From the NCBI RefSeq assembly GCF_009914755.1, contig NC_060940.1: a stretch of DNA of 64,000 nucleotides, one strand, 5' to 3'. The position numbers and the translations under genes are program-made. Every line of letters starts with the position of its first letter. Positions within the stretch are counted from its first letter, which is position 1. The DNA is from the human T2T-CHM13v2.0 reference genome, Homo sapiens. Of the stretch, positions 40,763 through 54,379 are shown in pieces. The notes under the pieces are model-generated. The model was not told the DNA's origin and did not search any database. It was given only the letters and a program-made list of their open reading frames with translations.

Positions 40763-41482
40763 TCTATTTTTATTAAGCACGTTTATTTTAAAGCTTGACC
40801 TGGACAGCGATGATCATTGTGATTTTACTAACTGACAATTCCATTAATGCCCAGAGCTAGCAGCTGATATTGACTAGCAGGTCACAGTGGCAACAGGAAG
40901 ATGAGAAGTTTCTGAATGGAGCTGCACTCCGAGGCTGCTAACAATAGTGGATATTAAGACAACTGACTTTTTTCTAATGGAGGAAGGTGGAAGGGAGAGT
41001 TCATGCAACTTCCCAGTGAGATCCACCATCGTTTCTCCTGCCTATGCCCACAGGGCACTTGGTTTATCCTGCAACTGCTGCAAGGTGCAAAAGCCCTGCC
41101 CTAAAATACTCTTTAAAGGAGGGGAATAAAAATTAGTCTCAGGATGAAGTAGCTGACATCCTGTCTCTTCCCAAGTCAGCTTAGAGAAGGCATTTACTAT
41201 ATTAATACCAACAACACTGTCTTCCCCTTCCCCATACCACTCCAGAAGGTACACATTGGATTTATTTAGGAGATTAATTTTGTCTGTAGAAATACTAGTT
41301 CTCCCTAACCCTCATAATCAGAGTTCAAGGGAGAAATCAATAATACTGTAGTAAGGCTTGAGAGATAAATGTCTTTGGGAGCAGGAAATTTCCATACCTT
41401 CTAAATTTTCATATCTCTAAGCCAAGAAAACTAGAAAAAGGAGTTTTAATTTTGCTGCTTAAAATACAAGCCCTCTTACCCT

Positions 41483-41483
<1 letters not shown>

Positions 41484-41525
<42 letters not shown>

Positions 41526-41948
41526 TTTTTGAGACAGCGTCTCGCTCTGTCACCCTGGCTGGAGTGCAGTGGCTCAGTCACAGCTCACTGCAGCTTCAAA
41601 CTCATGGGCTCAAGTGATCCTGTCACCTCAGCTTCCCATGTAGCTGGGACCACAGGCACTCACCACCACACCCAGCTGATTTTTTATTTTTTCTGTAGAG
41701 ATAGGGTCTCTCTGTGTTGCCCAGGCTCGTCTTAAACTCCTGGGATCAAGCGATTCTCCCACCTCAGCCTCCCGAGTAACTGCGACTACAGGCATGTGCC
41801 ACCACACCCAGCTGATTTTTGTATTTTTGGTAGAGACTGGGTCTTGCTATGTTGCCCAGGCTAGCCTTGAACTCCTGGGCTCAATCCATCTGCCCACTTT
41901 AGCCTCCCAAAATGCTAAGATTATAGGCATAAGCCTCTGCACCCAGCC
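41484..41948 (-). mobile_element. Trimeric AluJ with (TAAA)n tail
   Basis: Three monomers inside one TSD pair, AGCCCTCTTACCCTT (41469-41483) / AGCTCTCTTACTCTT (41949-41963). Confidence 0.88.
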
Positions 41949-44900
41949 AGCTCTCTTACTCTTCTATGTATGCTCTGACACGGAAAACAAGCTTATGTTG
42001 CTAGCTACCTGTGCAGTTACCAATGTCCACCTCTTCATGAAACCTCTTTAATTCATGCAAATAAGAGATAGGCTTGCCCCATTCTCCATCATTTCCACTA
42101 TTACATTTGCTTTTGCCTCTGCATGTGTTAGTGGTGGGAAGAGCACATTTATACAGCTGTCTCTCAGTTAATAGAACACATTTACCCAGGAACAGAGTTC
42201 CTAAACATAATGCAATCACATTTCAGAATAGTGCAAACTTCTTAAGATCATACAGTTAAATAATATAAAATTTTTCAAGTATATGACATTATTTTAAACG
42301 TTAGCAATGAAATTGATGAAGAAGTATTTATCTGCTAGGCTTCTAATGTACTAAGGTATATTGTTAGATGCTGTATAAGTTTTTTTTAAGTTGAACACAC
42401 AGATCCTATTTTTAAGAAGCTTATAATCTAGTTGGGAAGATAAGTTTTAAAATATACTCAAATTAAGTGTAAGAATTAAATATTAGAACAGTACCAAGAT
42501 GTCTACTAAGTCCAGAGAGTTTAAGGGATGGAAAATAATGAGTGTGAATGTTAGACTTTATTTCAAAAGAGCTTGGGGTTGTTAGAAAATCACCAAGGCT
42601 TTAGGAATTTCTACCTTTCAGCTAGAATCATTGTGATAAATGGTAAAGTTGATGGCACTACTGTAAAGAGTTTCAGTTACTGTGTTATGTTTGTGGTATT
42701 TTTAATTTTGTGCTTTATTCTAAACATAATATGACATTTTAAAATATTATAAATATTCTTCCTTATCCAAGCCGCAAAAGGGTTTCCATTAATTAATTAA
42801 TGTAAAGAGTTTCAACTAATTAAGGAATATCTGTATTGTTCAATTGTATTTCATCTGGTCTCTTTTATTTTAAGGATAGTTGACATGATTATTACCTTCT
42901 CTGGGTTCTCTAAAACCTATAGTAGGAGCTAAAGAATCACAAACACATTCTGTACCTAATAAATGAATAAAGATGTTGTTTGGGAGAAGTAGAGATTCCA
43001 TTTTGTGGGTGCTTTAATTAACAATCAAACTTGTAACTTCTGTTCTAACAAAATAGAAATCTTAATTGCTAACCAAATTAACTCTTAAACTTGAGTTTTA
43101 AAATGTCATAGTTTGGGATTCTTCATTCTCTCTTTCCCTTCATCTCTAGTATACAAAGAGCCCAGAAAGGTACAACACTTAGAAAAGACAAAAATCAAAG
43201 TTGAACATTTGGATTCAAATTGCAGAAGAAGAAAGGGAATATTTTAGAAAATCGCAAGGGATATGCCTGCTGTTATTGTTTTAAATCAGTTTGAGCACAC
43301 ACTGCATCTTAAGTAGTTGTTTGCCTAGTTTGTGTTTTTTTAAATAAATAAACATAAAACTATAATCTTAAATGCACGGTGAGAACCCAGATAATTGCTT
43401 TTAGTTTTATAATTGGGAGTCAGCTGTGACTCAAAACAGAGAATCTGAAAGCTACTTCCGGAGATGACACTATATGCATTCAAAATGATGCAGGTGAAGG
43501 ACTCCCTGAGTGAAGCAACAGAGCACCTGTGGTCACTGCAGCCATCTTTCTAAGCTTTTGTTTCATCCTTTGAGAGCTTCTAGAAACAGGGACTCAGATG
43601 CTTATATGTTTAGAAAATGCAGGATCAATTCTTTTGTTGCTAAATATAAAACTAAATTGTCCCCAAACTATCCAACTTCACACTTACATACATAAATTAT
43701 AACATCATAGTTGAAACCCTCTAAGCCTAATTACTGTGCCCATATGAAGATTATAATGCACCCCATTCTTGATTATTCAAAGACTAATTATCTAGGCCAG
43801 GCACTTAAGCTTGTCCTTATTCCCTTGGTTTTCTGCCATTTGGTTATTTTAAGGTTCACTGGCCTCTTCACATGCAGGGAAGAGGAAATTAAAAAAAGAT
43901 GAAACTCAAATCAGTAAAATTTAACTTCCCACATGATCTACTAAAACTTATGGGATAGAGAAGGCAGATGAAATGAATGGTTAACATGAAGATGGAAGTT
44001 CTCAATGTATTTGATTTATTCACAGTGCTCTCTCGTGCTCTCTCTGTCTCCAGTGATAAGCTGACCAGATGTCTTGAATTAAGTACAGGTAAAATAGAAC
44101 TTAATGTTGACTTTTTGACCTTCCTATTTTTTCACTTGGTTGATGGATTGTGTCTCTCAGCTCTTCCTCCCTTTGTCCTTCCTTCTCCCTTTACTTTCTC
44201 ACTGTTAGCAGGAGTTACATTCATTCACTAAATGAGAGTCCTTTTATTTTTGCCTTTGAAGGGGGAATCCCTGGGATTTCCAGGCATTTTCTATCATACT
44301 TTAGTAGCTTTGCTAAGCTAAACCCCAGCTCTGTATGCTTCTATGCTACCCCTAGTAGAGAATTGGCTACAGCCCTGTGACCCCTCCTGGGCTGCAAGTT
44401 TTATCATTTCTTTAATCCCCTATCTGAAATCTTGTCACATTAGCTATTTATGTAGATATTAAGATGACCCAATATCCAGCCATCCAGCTCTCTCTAACCC
44501 CACTCCCACCATGTTCCTCTGTACATGACAAAATTCTTAGCCAATAGGATATAAATCAAAGCATTACTTTTTTCAGTTCTGCCTCCTACACCATGGGTTG
44601 TTCATCAGCCAAAGCTACAATAATTTCCTGCAGCTTAAATTGTTAAAAATTCTATCAAAAGCTCAGACCACAGAAAGGAAGGATCCCCAGGGAACAGTAT
44701 GCCTATGAATAAGATACCCCAAACTCATAGGATTCATCTTCCATTAGCTCTGTGGGGGCACCAAAACCCCTGTTAAGCCTGTAATTTTGTGCCCAATATT
44801 AGAAACCACAGGATCCTAGACACAGCCCTAAACCTGTAGGGTAGTGACCAGCTGTTCTCCCCACCTCCCACCAAAGCCTGAAAGGTTCATCATGGTTCCA

Positions 44901-45049
44901 GGACAATGAAGGGAGAGTAGAAGAATCCCAGTTACAGGTCACAGGCTTATGTTCAATTACAGTCTTTTCTAGTCTGATCTATGTGATGTGATTTTTATGT
45001 TATATTGTGACTCACATATCTATAGGTCTATATTGTTATCTATATCAAA

Positions 45050-45220
45050 CAGACTCTAAGTGTTTCATGTGCACCATCTCTAATCACCACAGCAACCCTG
45101 AGTTAGGTACTATTAATATCTATCAGACATTAGAAACTGAGGATAGCCTTGCCAGGAAATAGCAGAGTTGGATTCAAACCCAGACTGACTCCAAAGTCCA
45201 TACTCATTCTACTACATTAT
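45050..45220 (-). mobile_element. MIR
   Basis: TAATCACCACAGCAACCCTGAGTTAGGTACTATT...GGATTCAAACCCAGACTGACTCCAAAG. Confidence 0.75.
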
Positions 45221-46288
45221 TTCACCACCCTAGCCCTGGCCTATTTATCTAGTCTTATTCTCCCACTTTCTCAAATCTCAAGCTGCCACCAATTGAATCT
45301 TGTTATGAGCTAGTCTACAAAGAAGCCCGATCTGTGTTCTTAGCAAGGCCTCATTCCTGTGTAGCTGACCAGGTCTTTCACTTAAGACTACTGTAACTTC
45401 ATCCCAGCCCTGCCAGGGAGGTTATAGCTCCTGCCCAGGATTCCCCAACCAAGGCCAGTGTCCCCATTAAGACTCTTTTCCAGGTGGCCTTTTTACAAAA
45501 TCTACAATGAGGAGCAAGGACGATGAAAATGAAATTGTATTAACTATAGAACTGTACATGGCATATGGGAGCATAGATTACTAAGAAATGGAAATAAGGA
45601 TTAAGATAATCTGGAAAATTGACACCAATAATAAGAGGTCAATAAATAATAAAATATAGCAACAATTGACACAGAAATTAAAATCAGTAAAATAAAATAG
45701 CATACATTCCTGAAAGACACAAGGAAGACTTGAACACAAGCAAAAATATCCTCTATTCTTGGATAGGATGATTCAGCATCGCATATTTGTTGGCTCTTCC
45801 TAAGTTAATTTATAATTGAACTCAGTTCCAATAAAAATAACAACAAGGCTTTCTAAGGAGTTAGACAAATTGAAACTACAGTCCATATGGAAAACAAATC
45901 TTTAAGAATAGCCAGAAAAATGGTGAAAAAGAGAAACAATGAGGGTGGAATGGGGAGGGAGAAAGAGCCCCATCAGACAGTCAAACATACCATAAAGCCT
46001 CTAAGTTCCCATTTAATCTACAGGTTAAAGAAAGGCTCTTAACTATGATTCAAAACTCAGCAGCAATAAAAGATTAATAATTGTGACTACATAAAACTTT
46101 TTGTATGGCAAAAGAAAAAAATAAAAACACCGTAAGCAAATCAAAAGACTTTGACAAACTAGGAGAAAATATTTGCAGCATATACCACAGACAAGGGGTT
46201 AATATCCCTAATAAATAAATAACTATTAAAAATCAGGAGACAAAGGACCAAAAGTAGAGCAGAAAAATGGAAGAACAACATGAGCAAC

Positions 46289-46348
46289 CACACACACACA
46301 CACACACACGCACACACACACACACGCACACACACACACACACACACA
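46289..46348. repeat. Interrupted (CA)n microsatellite
   Basis: CA run with two CG interruptions. Confidence 0.95.
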
Positions 46349-47017
46349 ATCTAAAGTGGCTCTTAAATGTTTGAAAAATAAACTCATAGAGAAATGCAAA
46401 TTAAAACAACACTGAAATACCATTTCTCATTTATTAGATTGGTAAAAAAATTTTAAAAGCATGGCAACACATTCTTTTGGCAAGGCTGTGGGGAAACAAG
46501 CACTCCCATACACTGGTGGTAGGAAGGCAAGCAGATGCCACCCTTCTGGAAGAGAATTTGGACATTATCTAAAAAAACCACACATGCACAAAACTTTTGA
46601 TTGAGTAATGCCACTTCTAGGAATCTAATCTGAACATATACCTCCAACAACACAAAAATACATATTCTCAAGATTATTCATTGCAATATTGTAATTACAA
46701 AATATTGAAGACACTCTAACTGCCCATCCACAGGACAGTAGTTGAAAAGCTATCATGAAATACTGTAGCTGCAAAAAAAAAAAGAAAAAGAATAAGGAAG
46801 ATCTCTACAAATTGATACGGAGTAATTTCAAACAACAACAAAAGTGCAAAAAAGAGTATCTATAGTATGCTTCACGTAGGAAAGAAAGGGATTTAAGAAA
46901 ATATCTGTTATTTTGTGCAGAAGAAATACAGGAAGGATAAACTGGTAGCTAATGACATGGTTACTTTACAGTTGTAGGTGGGAATAAGGAGAAAAAAGGC
47001 ATGAGAAATAGTAGTAA

Positions 47018-47446
<429 letters not shown>

Positions 47447-47457
47447 TGAGGAAAGGA

Positions 47458-47770
47458 AGCTGGGTGTGCTGGCACATGCCTGTAACCCTTAACACTTTGA
47501 GAGGCCAAGGCGTGAGGATTTCCTGAGGCCAGGAGTTTGAGATCAGCCCGGGCAACATAGCTTGACTGAGTCTGCCTCTCTACAAAAAATTTAAAAAGTA
47601 GCTGGGTGTGATGGCTCATGCTTGTAGTCTCAGCTACTTGGAAGACTAAAGCAAGAGGATCGCTTGAGCCCAATAGTTCGAGGCTGCAGTGAGCTGTGAT
47701 TGCACCACCGCCCTCTAGCCAAGGTGACAGAGTGAGAGACTGTCTCTGAAAATAGAGATAAAATAAAAAA
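47458..47770 (+). mobile_element. AluJ
   Basis: TSD ACAAATGAGGAAAGGA (47442-47457) / ACAAATTAGGAAAGGA (47771-47786). Confidence 0.93.
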
Positions 47771-48354
47771 ACAAATTAGGAAAGGAGAGTGGCTAGAACA
47801 AACCCTGTGGTGTTAGAATTAGAGGCATCATAAAAACTCATGGATTGTAAGATATATATATATATATAATATATATACACACACACAGATGGATACATAT
47901 ATCTGTGTGTATGTATGTATATGCATGCATTTGAATGCATACATATGTTTCCTTGTTCTGTCCACTTTGAGAGAGCCTAGAAAAAGGGACACCAGTAGCA
48001 ATAAGAATACCTGGTGCCCAAATCTTGGTCTCTAAATAACATTTTCCAGTGAAAAGTACAAGGGCTCCTTGGAGAAGTGGCTGGTTCTAGAGCTGGGACA
48101 GGAAAAGTACAAATGAGCCTGGAATATCTTGGGATGACAGAGCGCAAAGAAGTGCTCAGAAAAATGATGGGCCTGTTGAAAGGACACAGAAGCTAACCTG
48201 AAGGAGCTCCCCATAGCTAAAGCTCTCAATGGCCAAAGCTGACAATTTGAGTAACAATAAAGATGATAATAATAGTATTGGATTATAATCCATAGAATAA
48301 AATAGTCATGAGTCCATGTTGATCTAAATAATTAATTAAATAAATAGGGTATAA

Positions 48355-48655
48355 CCCCATCACAAAAAGATAAACATTACATGATTCCTCTTATATGCAG
48401 TATCTGGAGTAGTCCAATTCATAGAAACAAAAAGTAGAATGGTGGTTTCCAGGGATTAGGGGATGAAGAAATAGCGAGTTAGTGTTTAATGGGTGTGGAT
48501 TCTCAGCTGGGGAAGATGAAAAAGTTCTGGAGATGGACGGTGGTGATAGTTGCACAACAATGTGAATGTACTTAATGCCACTGATCCATGCACTTAAAAA
48601 TGGTTAGAATGACAAATGTTATGTTATACATATTTTACCATAATAAATTTTAACA
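48355..48655 (+). mobile_element. L1MB 3' end nested in the L1MC/MD
   Basis: GGGAAGATGAAAAAGTTCTGGAGATGGACGGTGGTGATAGTTGCACAACAATGTGAATGTACTTAATGCCACTG. Confidence 0.85.
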
Positions 48656-51600
48656 ATATTTAGAAATAAATAATAAACAGGGGGAGGAAATAGCTCTTAT
48701 AGTAGAATTCTAACTAATAAATACAGAGAAAATAAGGCAAAAATATGAAAATCTCCAGTAGGCAAACATCAGAATACTAATTGCTGCAGCAAGAACTATT
48801 GATGGATGCTAAAATTATTGGGCTTATGATAAGAAACAGGATATTTGCATAGAGTCAAAGTCTCTCCCCCAAAGGTACTTACTAATTACAAAGGGGAAGA
48901 TAATAATTTTTAAGTAGAGAAACTTTGCAGACACCATCTTAGCTATGTGATGAAATTTAACACCACCTCTGGTAAGACATTTTGACATGATTGACACAGC
49001 ATCAATTCTGTGATTCTCCTGCGAAAAGGCATCACCGAAACCCAATCATGACGAAACATCAGACAAACCCAAACTGAGAAACATTCTACAAAATAACTGG
49101 TCTACAAATCTTCAGACACATCAAGATCATTAAAGTTAAAAAAAATCTTTCATACTGAAGGGGATTAAAAGAGATCTGACAACTAAACACAACACATGTT
49201 TCTGAACTGGACCTATTTTCTGTAATGGACATTATTGGGACAATCAGTGAAGCTGTAACAAGATCAGAGGATTAGGTGGTAGTAATATATCAGTGTTAAT
49301 TTCTTTATTTTGATGATTGTATTGCAATCGTGTAGGAGAAATGTGTACATTGGAAATATACACTAAAGTATTCTGTGGTAGCAGGGCATCAGATCAGCAA
49401 CTTACTCTCAAATTGTTTGGGAAAGGGAAGTTACTTGTACATAACTTGCACACATAAATTTCAGAATGTTTCAAAATTAAAACATAATAATTACTATAAA
49501 AAGATAGAGGGCCAGAAAATATAAAAGAATGGGAGAAGCTCCAACATGTGTCTTATGTAATTCCAGAAGCAGAGAATAGAGGAAGGGGCAGAGAGGCACC
49601 ATCAGGAGAAATAATGGCTGAGAATGGCCAAAAATATTTCAGGCTGAGGAGTAAAGAAAGACATGAGCCCTCAGACTGAGTGTTTATATCAATTGCTGAG
49701 ACAGAAAAACAAAAATAAATCCACCTCTAAGCATTTCATATTGAAAATTCAGAACAGCAGGGATAAAGAGAAAATCCTAAATACTACCAGGAGGGAAGAC
49801 AGATTACCTACAAAGAGCCAGTCATTAGACTGAAAGCTTACTTCTCATTGGTAAATTGACGCCAGCGGACAGTGGGGAAATAGCTTCCAAGTAATAAGGG
49901 AAATAACAAGAATTATATATGGAGCAAAACCAGTGTTTTTTTTTTCACTGCAGTAAGTCATGAAAGGATATACTTCAGCAAGAAGAAAAATGAACCCAGA
50001 AGGAAGGAGTGGGATATAAGGAGCATAATTAGCAAATAAATTAACAAAATGTATCGGCATATCTCTTTATGTATTGGTTGTTAATAATAATAACAACTGA
50101 TTTTGTGCCTTCTAAAACAGGTAAAACTAAATTCTATATAACAATAAAATGGCAGATGAAAGAAGGGACTCTGGATAACTTAAGTTTGGTACCTGGTAAA
50201 TTCCTTGTTTTATTCAAAAGAAGAATAGAGAAACTGAAAAAACTATAGACAAAGTAGAAAGCTTACAGTGCATGTTAAACATGTGAAGAAATAAAAAAAT
50301 AGAATCTAAAGTTTTCAAACCACTGGGGTAGAGGCAAGGGAAAGGATAATAAAAATGTATAAATCCAAAATAAAGGAAGAAAGAGTGAAAAAAGAAGTAA
50401 AAAGCTTGAAAAATAGAAAATAACATAAGATGGTAGAAATAAGCCAAACTATGTCATTAATCATAATCAATGGACACATATTAAACTCAGTTAATCCAGA
50501 AAGTTCCCATAACTATGGATAAAAAAGCAAACACCAGTGATGGGCTACTTTCAAGAGACACACCTAAAACAAATACGGAAAGATTGAAAATAAAAAGATG
50601 AAAAAATATAGACCAGGCAAATACCAACCCAAAGAATTCTAGTGAGCAATGCTAATAGCAGATTAAATGGAATTTAAGGCTAAAAGCATTACCAGAGATA
50701 AAGAGCTTCACTTTAAAACAATATTTTAAAGTCTACAAGAAATATAACTATCATTAACTTGTATGCATCTGCTAATACAGCTTAAGCATACCTAAATGAA
50801 AAACTGATAGAATTACAAGGAAAATTGGATAAATTCACATTCACAGTGAAAGATTTTAAGACAACTTTCTCAGACAATGATAGATAAATCAGATGAAGAA
50901 TCAGAAACACAATTAACAAACATGATCTATTGGACATATACATCAAAAGAATACTACCCCCCCAAAATAGAGAATATACATTCTCATATGTATGTGGCAT
51001 AATTACAAAAATTAATTGCTAAGTAGCAAAGTAAGTCTCAACAAAATTCAAAAAATCAATAGCATGCAGTTTGCATACTCTGCTTATCACAATCCAATTA
51101 AACTAAGACCAACAAGAAAAGAGGGTAAAAATGAAAACACCCCTGTGTTTGGAAATAAAAATTGCATTTTTATACAATCAAGAATTAAAGAGGAAATGAT
51201 AATGGAATTATAAAAGATTTAGAACTGAATTAACAGTGAAAATGCTCATTTCTGAAAGTGTTCTTTTAAAACTTGTAGTATGCAGCAATGCCAGCCCTGG
51301 ACTTTTCCCCAACCTATCACCCAACCCACTTACCTGGAGCCAAGGTAATTTCCTTTCTGCCTATCTTCAGAATACAAGAGGGGTAGATATTTTTTCCAAT
51401 TTAATCACTGCATGGGTCATTTTTCAAGGTCCTGTATTTATCCTGGAGGTCTTTAATCCAATTTTCCACTTTGCTGGGGACCTCAGGTTTGTCTCCTGCT
51501 CCCCATTTAAGGTCTATGAAAATTGAAGCTCAAAGGATGAAAACAAGGGGATCTGAGGCTTTCCTCAACTTTCTCTCCAGGTTCACAACTTATTTTAAGA

Positions 51601-51689
51601 TTAAAAAATTATTTTTTATCCAGAATTTTAGAAGTTTCAAATTGGGGGGCTTTCTTGGGATAACTAGTCTACCATTTTGTTCAAAATGG

Positions 51690-51860
51690 AGTGCCACCCT
51701 TAGGCACATTACCTATCCCCTCCGTGTCTTAGTTTCTTCCTCTATAAAATGAGGATAAGAATAAAATCTATTTTATAAGTTTGGTGGGGGTAGTCAATGA
51801 GGGACTGCATGAAAGCCCCTGGCACTACTAAGTACTCAATAAATGCTGATTATTAGAGGC
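51690..51860 (+). mobile_element. MIR
   Basis: TCTTAGTTTCTTCCTCTATAAAATGAGGATAA...AAGTACTCAATAAATGCTG. Confidence 0.7.
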
Positions 51861-52049
51861 AGCAGTTGTAGTGAACTTAATGCCAATAAGGAGAGTACAA
51901 AAAAAATCAATATTATAGAACAATCTCATCTACGAATATAAATGGGAAATTCCCAAGAAAAGTTAAGCCAATGAAACCCAGCAGGGTATAAAAAGTACAA
52001 AATGGCTAGGTAAGTTTATCCCAGGATGCCAAGATAGTTCCTCATTGAC

Positions 52050-52184
52050 ATATATATATATGTATATATATATATGTGTGTGTGTGTGTATATATATTTG
52101 ACCATACTAAAAATTATATATGTATATATATATTTGACCATACTAAATACTAAAATACATATATATTTGACCATACTAAAAATT
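52050..52184. repeat. (TA)/(TG) microsatellite with a triplicated ATATATATTTGACCATACTAAA unit
   Basis: Read directly. Confidence 0.9.
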
Positions 52185-52436
52185 AAAGGAAAATACTACA
52201 TGACATGATCATCCTAATACATAGTTGACGCATAGAATTTAATCTTCATTCATTATCATTACTCTCATCAAAGTAGGAGTAGCAGAGACCTCCTCAATCT
52301 AATAGAGTAACTACAAAACACCAAAAGTAAACCTCAGAAATACAGATGAATCTGTAGAAGGATTTCCACTGTAGTCACAAAACACAGAAGTCTACTTTCA
52401 CCATGATTATTCAACATTATACTGGAATTTCTAACC

Positions 52437-52731
52437 CAGTGCTATCCAATAGAAGTGTACTAAGAGTTAAGAGCTGCATAGGCATTTTTAAATTTTCTAG
52501 TAGGCACATTTTAAAAAGTAAAAAGTACCAGGAGAAATTAATCATAATAATTTATTTTATTTAACCTGATGTATCCAAATTATTATCATTTCAACATACA
52601 ATCAATATCAAAATTATTAATTAGATATTTTACATTATTTTTTCATGTTAAATTTTAAAAATCTGGTGTGTATTTTATACTTCCAGCACAACTCAAAGCA
52701 GCTACATTTCAGATGCTCAGTAGGCACATGG
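52437..52731. mobile_element. MER33 (hAT-Charlie), one end missing
   Basis: CAGTGCTATCCAATAGAA...AATTTTCTAGTAGGCACATTTTAAAAAGTAAAA...AAATCTGGTGTGTATTTTATACTT. Confidence 0.82.
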
Positions 52732-54320
52732 GAAAATGTACTGAACTTCATGTGTAGTCAGGGAAAAGCATCAGGTTGGCAAACATTAAAAAGTCTGAGA
52801 ATGTCAAGTATTGGTAAGAAGGAAGATTCTTATACACTGTTGGTAGAAGCACCCTACCATTTGGAGAACAATATCTAATAAATTTGATGTAGATAATATT
52901 CAGTCCAATAATTCCACATCTAGATATATACTTTAGGAAAATTCTTCCCCAAGTGTGTAAATAAATATTTTTCATGGATGTCCTCATAAGCTTTGTTTGT
53001 AATAGGAAAAACTACTGGAAACTCTAAATGTCTGTAGGTAGAAGAAGGAAAGAGAAATTGAGGTAAACACACACAAGGGAATAATACACCATAGTTAAAA
53101 TGAACTAAATGTATATGCACTAAAATGGATCAAGCTCAAAAAAAAGGACAATTTGTGTATTATGATAGAATTTATGTCAAATTTTTAAAATGTATAAAAG
53201 CAATCTCTATATATTTTAGGCATATTCTATATCTAGTAAAAATATAAAAGATATAGTGGATGGCTACACAGCATAATAATCATAGTGGTGCTTCTTAGAA
53301 AGAACAGAGGGAAGGAAATGAGAATGAGAAAGGATGAGATCAAAGATTTATCAGTAAAATATTACTTTCTTGATTAAAAAAATGAAGTAAATATAACATG
53401 TCATCTGGAAATTCTATTTGATGGCTACATAAGTATTGTACAGTATTGTCCCTAGCACTTTTCTGTATTTTTTAACATTTTCACAATTATAATTATATAA
53501 TGCTTCTTGCTGTGTATCATGGATGAAAAATTCTTACTTGCTACACAGACTGAGTCTCTTCCATTAAAAGGAAATTTAGAGGAAATGAAGTCCTACACAT
53601 GAATGATCTGTGTGTATACCAACACATGTGTGAGTGACAGGTCCAGTCTAGTATCTAGATATTTGACCTGTGTCTAGAAGAGTGTCTGGAACATAGCAGT
53701 CCCTTAATCAGCACTGAGTCCATGAATGCATGAAGTGTGTTGCACTGGTGGATGGGACCTTCAAGAGTCAATTTGCACCAAAGGAGGTTTGCCACACTTG
53801 TGCTGTGATTAATTAAAAATATACACTTGGTTTTCCAGATAATTCAAAGGATGAAACTGGCCATGGGAAGCAGAATACGATACCTGACCCATATATTGAT
53901 CTTTGGTCCAACTGAGGTCTTAGCTTTATGGGAGGAGAAAGGGTATCCAGGCTACAGGGGAAGTGACTTTTCCCCATGTTACTGTGAACACAGCAATTCC
54001 ACTTTGGTAGCCAAGTAACAAACCATGTCACAAGCTGTCATGAGTAGGAGAGAGTTGGAGGAAGGATTTTTCCCTAAGTCCTCAGACACAGCATGGCTTT
54101 AGCTCAGCAAGGACTCCAGGAGACTCTGAATTATGGATTTGCCACAGAATGCTGTTATGTATCTCTACTAATGAAGCTCCATGGTAACTTGACCTACCAT
54201 TATATAGGTTTCCATGTCTCCAGATCAAACCACTTTCCCACATAAAACATGTATGTACCATTAAAGCTGATCTAACAGCAACTTATAGGAAGACAGATGA
54301 ATAAATGAAAGATTAGATTA

Positions 54321-54332
54321 AGATAGATAGAT

Positions 54333-54374
<42 letters not shown>

Positions 54375-54379
54375 AAGAT
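54321..54379. repeat. Tetranucleotide STR (AGAT)3 GAT (AGAT)9 AGAA AGAT
   Basis: Read directly. Confidence 0.97.

Larger units (their letters stand above)
49500..53490 (+). mobile_element. Very old L1M(E) ORF1/ORF2/3' fragments, interrupted
   Basis: ORF1-like GAAATAATGGCTGAGAA...CAGATTACCTACAAAG; endonuclease-like region at about 50430-51230; L1ME 3' end at about 52740-53490. Confidence 0.65.
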
